From Lama glama (Eukaryota): a DNA stretch of 64,000 nt. The notes under the pieces were generated by a model that was given only the letters and a program-made list of their open reading frames with translations, ran no database searches and was not told where the DNA came from. Both the position numbers and the translations under genes were made by a program. How positions within the stretch are numbered: position 1 is the stretch's first letter; every line of letters begins with the position of its first letter. Shown one piece after another: positions 24,630 to 38,242 of the stretch. The stretch covers positions 86,120,001 to 86,184,000 of the forward strand of contig CM052816.1 in assembly GCA_028534125.1 (NCBI GenBank), given 5' to 3'.

Positions 24630-26390
24630 AAAAATGAATAAGTGAAACCCATGCTAGAAGAAGGAAGATTGAAAATAATCCAAATAGACAATAAAAAAGC
24701 ATTAAAGAGAATCAACAAAACAAAGGTTGATTTTGTACAAAGATTGCTAAAACTGAAAAATTTTAGCCAAACTGACCTTAAAAAAAGAGAAATATTCAAA
24801 TTTCTAAAGTAAGAAATGAAAACCTTACATAAATGTAATGCCAAAAACAAAAGAGAACTGTGAACAATTGCATCAACAAATTAAATAAACTAAACGGAAT
24901 GAAAATATTTCTAAAAGCACATAAACCACCAAAACTAACTCAAAAATATAAAAAAGAATAACACACATACAATGAGTGAACAGATTGAACCAATAATCAA
25001 AAACCACCCAGCAAAGAAATGCCCAGGACCAGATGGCTTCCCTAGTGAATCCAACCCAATGTTTGAAGAATTAACACCCATCTTTATCAAATTCTTCTGA
25101 AAAATAGAATGAAACACTTTCCAGCTTATTTTGTTAGGCTATCACCTTAAAAACAAAACCAGACAAATTATTCACAAGTAAACAGATAAATATTCCATGT
25201 GAATATAGATGCAAAATCTTCAACAAATTATGTATCCAACAGTATATTAAAAAGATTATACACCATGAATATTTAACATTAATCTTTAAGAAGTTATTCC
25301 AAAAACTGGAAGAGTAGGAAACCCATCTCAACTCATTCTGCAAGGCTAGCATCACCCTGTTATAAAAGCCAAAGGCATTATAAGAAAAAAGCCTAAAGGT
25401 TAGTATCTCTTAAGAAGATAGATGAAAAATGTCATCAATAAAATGCTAGCAAAACTGATCCAGTGGTACATTAAAAGATTTATACACTGTAACTGTGGAA
25501 TTGATCTCAGGAATGCAGAGGTGACCCATAAAATAATCATTCAATGTAACATACTGTATTAGTACAACAAAGGATATTGTCATCTTAATAGACACACACA
25601 AAAATAAAATTTGACAAAATTCAAAGCCTTTTCTTGATAAAACAATTTAAAAAAAAATAGGAATAGTTGAGATTTTCTCCAAGCAAATAAAGAGCATCTA
25701 CAAAAAACTCACTGCAAGTGTTTGATGGTGAAAGACTGAATGCTCCCCCACTAATGTCTGAAAAAAGACAAGGATGTTCACTCCGATCCCTTCTATACTG
25801 CAGGTGTTACAGAGGGCAATTAGGTAAGAAAACGAAGCAAAATGCATCTAGATTAGAAAGAAAGAAGAAAATTATCTTTTTTGCACACAACTTGATATTA
25901 CATGTAAAGAATCTTAAGGAATACAAATCACTTATTAGAGCTAATAAACAATTTCTGCAAGTTTGCAGGATAGAATATCAATATATAAAAATCAACTACA
26001 TTTCTACTCACTAGGAATAAATATCCAAAAATAAAAATAGGAAAGAAATTCTACTTATAGTAGCATAACAAAATATACTTAGGTGTAAGTTTAACAAGAG
26101 AAGTGCTAGACATATATACACTGAAAATTATAAAACATTACTCAGAGACATTAAAGATGACCTAAATAAATGGAAAGGCATCTCAAGTTCGTGAATAAAA
26201 AGTACTCCACAAATGATCTACAGATTCAATGCAATCACTATCAAAGTCCCAGCTGGTTTTTTTGCGGAATTTATAAGCTGATCCTAAAATTAAAATACAA
26301 ATTCAGGTAAACTATACTAGTCAAAACAGTCATGATAAAAATGAGTAGAAAAATTCACTCTGCAATTATAAACGTTACTATGAAGCTAGC
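24630..26390 (+). mobile_element. Old L1M ORF2 remnant(s) (linker to RT region)
   Basis: 'gaatcaacaaaacaaaggttg..gcccaggaccagatggcttc..gatggtgaaagactgaatgct..gatctacagattcaatgcaatc'. Confidence 0.85.
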
Positions 26391-26394
26391 ATAG

Positions 26395-26756
26395 ATTTCC
26401 CACCCAAGTTTCCAGCCTGTTGTCCTCCCACATAAATTTCAGACTCATGACTGCGACTTCAACTCTGGCTGAGGTTTCCAGTTGGCTGGCCTGTCTTGCA
26501 GATTTCAGACTTGCCAGACTCTGTATCTGTGTGAATAGACTGGGAAACATCTATGCTACAGTCTTGAGGCAGAATTCCTTCTCAGGGAAACCTCAGTTTC
26601 TGCTCCTAAGGTCTTCAAGGGTAATTTACATTGCTTAAAATCAACTGATAGTAGATATTAATCACAAAATTCCTCCACAGAAACATCGAAATTGTCATTT
26701 GACCAAAATGACCACCATAGCCTAGACAAGTTTACACTTAAAATTAACCATTACAT
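26395..26756. mobile_element. MLT2 (ERVL LTR) pieces in opposite orientations
   Basis: Plus-oriented 'tttccagcctg..gatttcagacttgccag' to ~26535, then a minus-oriented part ending 'aaaattaaccattaca' (MLT2 5' end reversed). Confidence 0.75.
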
Positions 26757-28048
26757 CATCTTAAATGTGTGTTTACCAAATTGAAGCATACAAAGAAAAG
26801 AATGTTTAAAGATCATTGTATTTTTCCATTAACACAAACTGAATTATTTTTTTTCTCTCTTCACCTTTGACTACTTTACAATGTCCAAATGTGACTTGCT
26901 CTTTCCAGAATTTACAAGATGAATAGATGATATAATTTAGGAAAAGGGAAAGATTAAAAAAGGTATTAACATTTTGTCAAGTTAGATTACTTATATTTTA
27001 AGGCAGTTGGTAAAATAGTATTCATTTTAATAAAGGAACAGAGATGAGTAAAAGATAAGACTAGAAAAGTTCATAGTGTTGAAATAGGAAAAGAAAATTA
27101 ATGATAAAAATATACTTATATTAGCCCTAAGAAATAATTAAAAGGAAAGTTTGGAGTCATAAGAAAAATAATGATAATTATAATAAAAATTACATTCTAC
27201 TGTTAAAATTGCTTGTATATTCTTATGTACCTTTAAACAATGATTAATTCTTATTTTTTTCTCTCTAAAGTTTTATATGTAAAGCTACCCTGCATATAAA
27301 TAATCTAAAACCATTATATCTATTAAATATATTGACTTTGTGTTTTCTCATTTGTATGCAAATATTATATTTATTTTTCTTTCTGAGAAATAATAATTTT
27401 AATTGGTTAATTATAACTTTAAGGAAGAAAAATCTTAGGGCTGAAACAAGGCAATAATTTAAAGCTAAAATAAAATTATAAATTCCAACAAGCAGTATTT
27501 AAATGTTAGATAAACGTGTTTGCATGCAAGGCCTTTTATTAGTACCTAAGAAGGCCAAGTAAAAAAAAATCCCATTAATTTAATTATGAGTGAAAATTTT
27601 CTACTTATAAAATGTGGCTATTCTTACATGTGAGATCAGTAATACATAAAATAGATACTCAGTCCACATTGTGTGACTTAAATTGAAGAAAAACAAGGAA
27701 AAAGTTATTTGATTGAAAAAAGCAAGCTAATATATACTTAATGTCTAATGAATGTCAGTTAGTTATTAATTATTACTCATTTAACTGAATTAGTTTGTAC
27801 AAGTTTGTGATTACCCATGAACTACTTTTGCTATTCAAATACTGGAGAAGTCCTTGCAATACTACTTTAAATATAGGGAAGTAGTGAGCTGACTTGGAAA
27901 CAAAGGTAGCGGTGGATTTTTCATGTGTAGTCCTCATGTGCCAGGTTGATAAAAGAGATCATAAATTTTCTATTCTTTAATACTTTAATCACTTAATTCA
28001 TACAAGCTTAATTGTTTTGGAAACTCCCAGCAATATGTATAGTAAATG

Positions 28049-28138
28049 AAATTACTATTTCAGGTCCATTTTTACAAATACTGTGTAACTACTGTAAATT
28101 ACTATTTCAGGTCCATTTTTACAAATACTGTGTAACTA
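28049..28138. repeat. Perfect 43-bp direct repeat with 4-bp spacer
   Basis: aaattactatttcaggtccatttttacaaatactgtgtaacta at 28049-28091 and 28096-28138. Confidence 0.97.
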
Positions 28139-29059
28139 GAAACAGATTAGGATACAAGGAGAAACCTTGCAATGAGAAGTTGGTGAAGGTGGGAGAGTCA
28201 CTGACATGCTCTGGCTTCAGTGTCCACAGTGATTAAAGAAACTATCAGCTTTGATTAGCAATTCCTAAAACGTGATTCCACGGAGATATTCCAGATGACT
28301 TTAAATGGCAAATGAAGCTTACAAATTGTTACATCTATATATAAAAGTGAATTAAAAAATTCAGTCTATTTTCTAACATTTCAACTACCACTACTGAGCA
28401 TAGCCAATGAATAAAAATGAATTTATTCCTGAAATGGAATGCTAATAATGCTTTTCATATGTAGATGTTTTATGATAGACATAAAAAGAAGAATTAGTTT
28501 TAATTAACTCAGTATAAAAATCAATGACCTTGAGTGAAAAAAATATTGGTCTAAGTCTAGTTCAGATTGCCAAGGAATACCACTTTGTGGTACACTAAAC
28601 TGAGTATCATTCTTCATTGTCAAGGGAAAGGGGAATTGATTTTGTTAAACAAGTATGCACATCAGTGAGTAAAAAGATATATAGGTGAATCTATATAAAT
28701 GCATACAAAGAAACAGCAATGCATTAGACCTTTTATGATGGTTTAAACAATCACACTCTGGAATGCAAAAATAAGGCCAAATATATGCTTATGAAGGTCA
28801 AGCCTTTAGAAGATAGGGCTGTCAATATTTTCTCTACTTAGCTCAGTTTGAGAATAGGCTGCACTATCAAATAGGAATTTATTTAGCTTAATATTCATTT
28901 CTAAATTTCTCTACATCTCAAAATCCTTTTTTTTCACTATTAAATGCAAGCACACTTCAAATGGGCATTTATTCCAAACATTCCCTGACCATCGATAAAT
29001 ACACATAACCTGCTCTCAGAAATCAGGAAGTGTTTTGCCTGGACATTTCCTTGTAATAT

Positions 29060-29298
29060 AGGTGTCAGCACACTTTTCCTGTAGAAAGTCAGTTAGTAAA
29101 TAGTTTAGGTTTTTTGCAACATTTGGTCTATGTTGCAACTCCTCAACTGTGTCGTTGTAGTATGAAAGCAGCCATAAACTTTACATAAAGAATGAGTGTG
29201 ACTGTTCTCCAATAAAGCTTTATTTGCAAGAACAAGTCATGAGCCAGATTTGGGCTTTTGGCTGGATTTGGCCCATAGGTTGTAGCTTGCTGACCCAT
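29060..29298 (+). mobile_element. MER58A hAT-Charlie MITE
   Basis: 'taggtgtcagcacacttttcctgta..tgtagtatgaaagcagccata..ccaataaagctttattt..ggatttggcccataggttgtagcttgctgaccc'; degenerate TIRs. Confidence 0.85.
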
Positions 29299-30809
29299 TT
29301 TAATTTAATAGGGCATGCAATATTGAAAACTATTTCCATGGATATTATGTTGGCTATTTCCTATACAAAATCAACTCAAGCTCAATAATGTTATCAATAT
29401 ATTATTTTCCTAATTTTATTAAACCCCTGTGGAATTATATCCATACTGATCTCTATAAAATGCAACACATTTTATTCTAATTGTTTAAGTTTGATGAAAA
29501 TAATTAGAATATTTTCAAACTTTTAGAAGTTTTTTTTGGTTATTTAAACCTGATTGGAGAATAAGAGAAAATAATAGAGACCAACAAACCTGTGAATGCA
29601 GATAATGAGGTCTAACACTACTACTCAGTGACATTTAAATGATTAGAATGTAGGTTTATTACCTTCAAGTGTAAAAGCAGTATTCAGAAATTGTCTCTTT
29701 TGTATTGGGAACTTGGTTTTGAAAAAAGTGAGCTGTAAACAACATTCAGCTTAATTATCACACTTCCATATGGACAATTACGTGATAATCTATATTAGCA
29801 CATTTCTCTCCTAATTATGAATTTTCTTATTGAAAAATATCACAATAAAAGAAACTCTCAAATCTAAATCTCTCAGATGTCTTTTTAACAGCCTAAGAAA
29901 TGTGAATCAAGGTATCCTATCTGCAAACTGGAAAAAAAATTGGTTAGCTACATAATTGATCTGATCAATGGTTAAAAGTGAAAAATTACACAATAAAAAA
30001 ATGCTTCACTTAAAAGATTTGGGAGAATAAAGGATAAAGAGACTTTGACCCATTAGAGCCAGAAATGTGCCTCAGAATGAAGGCATGTTCTAGAGAAATT
30101 TTGTAAAAGATTAGGCTCTATACAGTTCTAAAAACATTTTGCTTTTTGATACTACTTTAAAATATTGTATATAACATGGTGTTTTAAGAGTGACTTTGGA
30201 TTCTTCGTCGACCTTTATTTACATACATGCCTCCATGACCTATAGAAAGACACATGCAAAAACAATATCTTTAGAGAAGTGAGTTTGTAACTACTGGAAA
30301 GAAAATGGTAAGTCCTGGAGTTAAATCTATTGAAGTGAAGCTGCTGCAATATGGAAACACGAATTGAACTAAAGGTGTAGGTGGGACTTAGGGCCTGTCT
30401 TGGTACATGTAAAAAGGGAAAGTGTCAAGACCCAAAAAAATGCAACACAGAGTTCAAATTACATTTACTTACCCAGAATGTATACTGCTAGGGTTACGAA
30501 GGTGAATAAGCCATGGATCTTTCCCTGAAAGTGTTCAGTAAGGTAAGTTCATCATCACAACCATAATACTGTAAAGCTGAGCATGATGGATGGGCCAAGA
30601 AGAAAGATTTTGTTGAATGGTTAGAGAAAAGATGAATTATTTCTGTACTCTGGGTACTCACATGGTAAATACTTTTTGAACTGAGTTGAGATTGGGGTCC
30701 ATTATGCAGTGACATCTATAGTGCATTACTGTGTTATGTACAGAAGTTTTATATAATGAGGGAGGAAAAAAACAAGAGAAGAATCTGTAAATGTTCTACT
30801 GTGGGAGAA

Positions 30810-31925
30810 AGGGGCAAAACAAAACAAAACAAAATACTGACTGTTTCTTGAAGAGTATAGGCTTATTATTTTGTAGAGTATTCCTTAGCTTGGCTTTATC
30901 TCATGATTCTTCATCATTAACTCTGGTAACCTATTTTTCACTGGAATATCACAAAAGTGCTGCTGCATCCTTCTCAGTGCAATACATTAAGAGACATTTG
31001 ACATATCATTACTGGTGACGCAAACTTTTATATGTTGGGTAATGCAGTGTCTCTTAAGATTTCCAATTATATAGTTGCTGTTTACTCTTTTTCACCAATA
31101 AGTACCTGCAGGAAATAAACTGGGACTTTATCCATTGATGAATTTTGCCAGAAGTATCTTTTGTAACTATTGTAGTTGCCAAATTGTGATGTTCTATATC
31201 CAGCACTACTTGTCAGCATATCTAGTTTGGAATTAGACTATGAGAAGAAGCTTTCATTTATATGATGTTTATTTATTAATTTATTTATGTCAGTATGGAC
31301 TCACGGATTCTTATCTTATTTATGGGTTATAATCTGTTATTTGTGTGATGCTCAGATAGTCCCCAGTTTGGCTAATGTGAGTACTTCAGGTTGACTCCTG
31401 TTTTTAGTTCACATCTTCACTATTCTTTGACCACTTCCTAATTGGCCAGCACTCTTAGAAAATGTCAAAATTATGGAGTACAAAGAAAGACTGAAGCCCA
31501 TTCTAGATTAAATTAAAAATTAATGACAACTGAAAGCAGCATAAGTTTATGGATTGAATCCATGGATGGAATCTTCTTTTGCTATAAAAGAAATTCATAA
31601 AAAATTGATAAAATTTGAATGGCTATAGAAGAAATAATGGCATTATATCAGTATGAATTTCTGGCTTTTAAAATCATACTGTACATAGGTAAGATGTGCT
31701 TGCTTTTAGAGTATACCTATTGACACATGTAGAACTAATGGGGCATCATGCCTGCAACTTTCCCTCAAATATTTCAATAGTTCAGAAAGAGGCAAATAAA
31801 AAATTTTAAAAAGCAAATGTTGGAAACAATTAACATTCAGTGATTCTATGTTAAGAGTGCATGGAGATAATTTGTACTAATATGCAAATTTTATTTGTAT
31901 GAAATTATGTGAAAATGAAACACTA
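30810..31925. mobile_element. Old L1MC/L1ME 3'UTR remnants (minus to ~31450, then plus)
   Basis: 'cagtatggactcacggattc..gatgctcagatagtccccagtttggc' and 'aaatgtcaaaattatgga..gggcatcatgcctgcaactttc'. Confidence 0.65.
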
Positions 31926-34900
31926 AGAACAATTAAAAATACAAGTTCAGAGATACAGGCTCTAGGCCAAGCCCTGATGTGCACAAGTACATATACATCC
32001 ATATGCACATATGTCACTGAGAACAAAAAGTTACACTACGTGAAGATTGAATGATTTTGTAATAGATTATAATTTTGTGGAGCTCACCAACCCCTAGACA
32101 CAAGAAGTATAATGCTTGTTTGTTTGTTTATCTATCTGTCTATCTATCTATCTATCTATTAGTTTTTATTTACCACATGCTTTGGAAGGAAATAATGTCT
32201 CAACTCTGTGTCTGTTTAATAAAAAAAAAACGTGCTGTCTGGATGGTTGCAAAAATTTAATGTCTAGCCTAGAGCTATCATAGATAAATTAATTAACAGC
32301 TCTCAAACTCAAATTCTGTATAATACATTAAGAAGTAATATATATTGTTACTTGTGTGTAGAGATTAAAGGGAGTGGTACAGATCTCATTGTAATACCAA
32401 GACAATTGTTCAATAAATGAGAGTAATAAAAACATGAGCAGTAAGTAAAGGAACAGATTGAATTAAAATAGGGTAACTTTAATTTATTTTTAAGTGCTTG
32501 AACACAATTATATTCCTAAACTTTTTGTTTTCTGAAACTTAATTATATATTAAAAGAGTTATTTTTCCCTATACAAAATTTTTCATATATGATATTTACT
32601 AATGACTTTAACACAGATATTTTGCCAAACATTATAGATTGTTTGGCAGCTAACCCATTTTACAGTAGCTGTCAAAAATGACAGTGACACTTAAAATGAT
32701 TTCAGCTTATTAAAAATAAGGCAAGGCCATTGAACTTAGAAAGCTAAAAGCCACATATGAAAAAAGATATATAGGATGGGTCTCACTTAATCTCAGCTAT
32801 AGAACCAGAGTTAAATTAGATGTCAGTTGTTAGATTCCAAGGTCACTAAAAAAGATACTTAATTTTAAACCTGTTTATACATTTTACATTTTATTCTAAA
32901 GAGATCTTAATATTGAATATAAGAATTTCTTACCCATGGTTATTATTCAGGAAGTCTGCAAATTCTGTTAATTTAGAACAAAGTATTTTTGTGTATATGT
33001 GATTTATACATTTAATTTCACCCGTGGGTAAAATATCTACAGCTTTTATTAGATTCTCAGATGAGGCTATGGTGAAGATGTGTATTATATGGTCAATTCA
33101 TATTTTTATCACAGTGGATTCCTCAGATCACTCCCTGAAGTGTAACATTTTAAAGCAGAGTACATAGTCTCATAAGAGTAAATTAATTGAGATCACTTTC
33201 CTTATTAAAGGTTTAATATCAGCAAAGCATATATACAGCCATCAGACAGCACAAAGTTTAAGATGCATCAAATATAAAAACCTCTAAATTTTATAATTTG
33301 AAAATGATGTTTCAAGGGCAATAAAATTAAAATAAATCTGACCTTCTTTTTAACTACACCAGGGTCACAGGATAGTGTAAAATGTTCCTGTAGCACATAA
33401 AAACAATTTGAATGCCATATAAAACTTCCCTAAAACATATGCTAGCTCTGATAATATACTGTTAGGCACCTCAGTGCAGTGGGCTAGGCAGATGCTAATA
33501 TTGTAGATATGAGCCCTGTGATAAACATTAAAAAAGATTTCATGTTATGAATGGGACAAAAACCATGACTCTTTTGTATCTTATAAATCAAATAAATAAT
33601 GCAATGGCAAACAGAAAAGCAAATGAAAATTTGAGTTTCAGCATAAGCAGAAGACTCCATACCATTACATATGAAGCAGGGCGATAGAATGCAGTTGATG
33701 CCCAATAAGGTGTTGGAAAGATGCCTAAAAAGAATGATTTTAAGAACAATTCTCAGACTAAGCCAGAAGAGAATAATTCTCCAAAGTAGCAAGAGAGACA
33801 ATGAACAGACAACCAACCTTCTTTAAGACAAGAGCAATGATTTCTAAGGGCTGGTGGTGACAGCTGCCATGAACTCCTTTTGATACAACAGATACAACAC
33901 ATAAGTCAGGGATAGTGCAGGTGAATAAGGAAACACACGAATTCTTGCAAGTCTGTTATTTAGGGAGTCTCTAATTGGGAACATCTTTGCAGTTGGCAAA
34001 CCTTCTTAGCTTAGAGAAAATAAAAAGCTAAAATAAATCATCTGAACACATGAACTTTTCTACCTTGAATACCATTTTCTCCACACATCCACGCATATTT
34101 CCTGCAAACAGCTGGTTAGAAAAGAACTCATATCATTAAACAATGTTTTATAGTTAAAATGTAACTTGCGCAAGACATAAAAAAAAACTATGAGCATAAG
34201 AAGAGAGAAAGAGAAACCAAAAGTGGCAAATAAAAAAATCTTGCCAAAAAGAGTTCCCAAAAGCTCAAGTGAGATATGCAAAAGCTCAGGAGCTATCAAA
34301 GCATCTGAAGGTAAGGTTGTAGGTTAGAAGAACTCAAGAGAAATTACAAAAGAAAATTATACATTCACAGTCTAAACAGTCAAAGAGGAAAATAGTGACA
34401 AAAACATTAAGGGCATAGACCACTGGCTTGAGAAAGCTAGGAGAAAAAAGTGAAAATGAACAGAGTTTTAGTATTACAAACAGAATTATATATACATGTT
34501 TACATAAGTGTATATGGATAAAGCTAAACAGAAGGATGGATACAAATTGAGTATCCTCATAATGTGTACATGTAAGTGGGCAAAATTAACAAATTGAACA
34601 GTAGAGAAACATTTATTGATATAATGTCAGTAGAGAATCCACAGCTAAAAGAAACTGAATCACAAAGAGAAAGGACATTGTCTTCCCAGGATAAACTGCC
34701 AAAAGATGAGAGTTTGTCACACTCTGAATCATGTCATATAAAAAGCAAATGGACTTATGAGATAAAGAAACAATCCTTTCAGCTTATGGGGAAAAATTAG
34801 GCTGGCTAAAAAAATTGGCCGTAGTAATATCTAAGATTGGAAAAAAAAAGTATGGTAAAGCCTATATATTTCTACCATAAGGAAAGTATGAGACTTTTTT

Positions 34901-35972
34901 TTTAAACCAAGACAAACTTTTACGTATAGAGGCAGCAGTCTTACATGCTTGGTGGATAAAGGCAAAGAGGACTTAAACTTGGGAGTTCTTGAAGACACTA
35001 CTAGATAAAAGGCCAACTAAAGAAAATAGTGCAGGGAAAGTAATTCATATGAGAACTTATTTAAAGTGCAGGGATATGACTGAAAATAGATGTCAGAGTT
35101 GTGAAAAAAAAGATAACATAATTGAGCGTCTATGCATCAAATTATATATTATTGAATTTCATATGTGTACATAGCAAAACACACATGTGCACACAAGATA
35201 GGAGAAAACTTCAATTTATCTCTATAAGAATGTTCACACGATATGTTATCAGAAATTTTAATTTTTAACTTTGATAGGTATTGACAAGTTAACAACAATT
35301 GGAGTGGTCAAATTTTGACACCCATGTATGAAGTTGGCTGTCTCCTCAAACCTTATATAATGTATTAATATAGCACGTTATCAATGATTTTTACCTTTGC
35401 CATTATGGTAGATGAACAAGGGTACCTGCTAATTTAAATCTGCATATTTCTTATGATGAACAAATTTTAATATTTTAATTTTCTCTTCTGTGAACTCCCT
35501 ATGTATGTTGTTTACTACTTTTCTGTTTAGTTTTGGATAAGATTCTCATTATTAACTTGTAGGAGCTACTTATATGAGAGGTAAATTAACTCTCAAGCAT
35601 GATATATTTTAAACATTCCATTTAGTATCTAACTGGTACTCAAGCTATTTTCTTATTGACAAACATGAATCAAGTATTTTGTAATTCCTGGATTCTACTC
35701 TTATATAGATTAATTTGTTAGATTCAAACATATCAGTGATTTCTATTTAGTTTTTGGGTGCTGTGTAATGTTTAGAACAGTTGTCAAAGCTTTAAGATTA
35801 TTATTGTCTTTCAGAAACTTCCAAATATTTTCTATTATCATTATGGCTTTCTTCTTCTGTTTTTAAATATGCAACAGTTCTGGTTTTTAACATGGTTTTG
35901 TAAATGAAGTAGCATCCACAAATACGATTATAAGTTGTAATTTGCTTTTCGATTCCATAGTACATCGCCTGA

Positions 35973-36007
35973 ATAACTTCTTGGCCTCTTGGCTAAGATT
36001 AAGTGCA
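35973..36007 (+). pseudogene. Tailless 5' fragment of U2 snRNA
   Basis: ataacttcttggcctcttggctaagattaagtgca vs U2 ATCGCTTCTCGGCCTTTTGGCTAAGATCAAGTGTA: 29/35 identical, ungapped. Confidence 0.8.
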
Positions 36008-37414
36008 ACAGAACATTGAAATATATAATTCTATGTAGTAGATTACGTTTGTAGATTGTGACATTTCCAATAATTTTGAAAAGTGAAATTGATGTGTAGC
36101 ATTCTTTTCTGTGCTTCTTTCGTTGAGGGGACTTGACATTGGTATTAATGATAGGCATATTTCAGAAAAAGAACTTTCGAATTTTGTTTCTTGTGATAAC
36201 AATTTCAGTACCACTGAAATTTTTTATCTGAAAGCTGTACTTCTCTACATTTTGACTGACTGTATGTATAGAAAATAATTATATTTAGAGCATTCCTAGA
36301 TAAACAGATGAGGCTGATTGAGGCTGGAGGCAAACAGCTCAAGAACTGCAGCTGCCTCAAGCCAAATATTACCAATCTGAGTGATCAGAGAATCAATAAC
36401 TCGTAACATGTATAGCCAGTTTTCTGTACTGGGGAAACTAGTTTATACCATACCTTAGGTATTTGGCAGAATTCCAAGATATTGAAAATGTATTCTGTTT
36501 ATTCTTTAATTCTGTTTAAGTATTGAGTCTTTTCTGGGGTCATTTTGGGCATTTATGTTTCCTTACCTAAGACAAGGTTTAAATATTTAAAACCAAATAT
36601 GTCTTTTGATATTTTATCAAATAAATGTATTATTAGTCTTCAAATGTCAAAGGATTTCTACTATAAATAATCTCTGTGATTATTTCCCAATTTCAAATAT
36701 CTAACATATTTATGCTCTTTTCTTTTTCCCTTTGATTACATTATCCAATCATCTAATTAAGCTTTTTTTAAAGAGCAAGTTTTTAGGTATATATACTAAT
36801 TTTACTCTTTCCTTGCTTTTTTATTCCTTAATTTTTGCCTTTATTTTAATTAATTTCTGATTTCCTTAAATTTGACTTCTTTTCTAGTTCTGTGTTCATC
36901 AGTCAGATTCTTAATTAGCATATGTACTATTTATTATACATATTTTTAAGGTTATATACTATGTTGTTTTGTACATCCTGAATTAGCTATAACTCATAGA
37001 TTTAAAATGTTTTTTATGATTACTACTTTTGAGCTATCCTAAAATTTCAGATCTGATTTCCCTTTTGTCACAATGCTGAGTTACAAAAGTACTTCTGTTT
37101 GGTGTTTTTTGCTCACATTTCCAATTAGAAATGTTTTTTAATATTGTTTTTCTGTATTTTTTTAATATTTTTTTTGTATTGCAGTCAATGTTTTCTACAA
37201 TATATCTGCTTTTGGAATGATTCATTTGAAGTTTTAATGCTAAGGTAGAAAATATTCAAGAGTAGGTTTTTGTCAGTTTGAATGACTTACTCATTTTTCT
37301 TGTTTTATTCTGTTACCCTCTGTATCCAGATTTTTACATTATTATGTATTTTTTCTCATTTACTGAGACAATTTATCTCCCAAACAAAATTATAATTTTT
37401 TAACATAACAAAAA

Positions 37415-38081
37415 TAGGATTTTCAGATAAAATGCAGGGCACTAATTTAAATTTGAAGTTCAGATAAGCAATATATAGATGACAGATAGATAGATAATGA
37501 GCATATAGTACTATCTTAGTCCATTTGGCTACTATGGCAAAAATACCATGGACTGGGTAGCTTATAAGCAACAGAGATTTATTTCTGACAGTTCTGAAGG
37601 CTGGAAGTCTGAGATCAGAGCGCCAGCATGGCTGGGTGAGGGCCTTCTTCTGGGGTCACAGACTCTTTCTTATATCATCACATGGTGGGAGGAGAGTATA
37701 GAGATCTCTCTGGAGCTTCTTTTAATTCCATTCATAAGGGAATTTTTAATTCCTCATGGCTTAAGTACCTCCCAAAGGCCCCACCTACTAATACTGTTAC
37801 TTTCAAGAACTAGGATTTTAGCATATGGACTTTAGGGGGACACAAATATTCTGACCATGGCAAGTATGTATATTAGTAATATATGTTTATATATTTAGTA
37901 TTTATTATATATGTATGTATATTTGATATATACATATACTAAGTGTGTGTGTGTGTATATATATGTATATGTGTGTGTGTGTGTGTGTATATATACATGC
38001 TTATATTAAAGAAAAGTGCTTACCTGAAACTCAGATTTTACTAGATATCTCATATTTTGTTTGTCAAATTTGGCAAATCTT
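37415..38081. mobile_element. MER53 palindromic hAT MITE split by MLT1A and (TA)/(TG) repeats
   Basis: Left arm 'taggattttcagataaaatgcagggcactaatttaaatttgaagttcagataagcaat'; right arm 'cctgaaactcagattttactagatatctcatattt..aaatttggcaaatctta'. Confidence 0.75.
37512..37862 (-). mobile_element. MLT1A-like MaLR solo LTR
   Basis: Near full-length match ('cttagtccatttggct..ggctggaagtctgagatca..cctcccaaaggccccacct..ggggacacaaatattc'); 5-bp near-TSD AGTAC/AGTAT. Confidence 0.9.
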
Positions 38082-38242
38082 AGAATTATTCATGGAAAAT
38101 AGAATTGAAGCTATTTCTTACTGCAGTCAGATTTTGTTTATTCAGTTGAGGCATTAAAATGCTTGGCTTTAATCTTAAAGGTGAAAGTATACTGAATGTA
38201 TGACCCATGATTTTTTTTCTCTTTGATGATAATGATGTTTCT

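Noticed and set aside
28049..28138. CRISPR-like repeat
   Set aside because: Only two copies with a 4-bp spacer, in mammalian DNA
33480..37400. Long A-rich then T-rich tracts with several short ORFs
   Set aside because: Texture fits very old L1/HAL1 debris in opposite orientations; I could not define boundaries or coding potential
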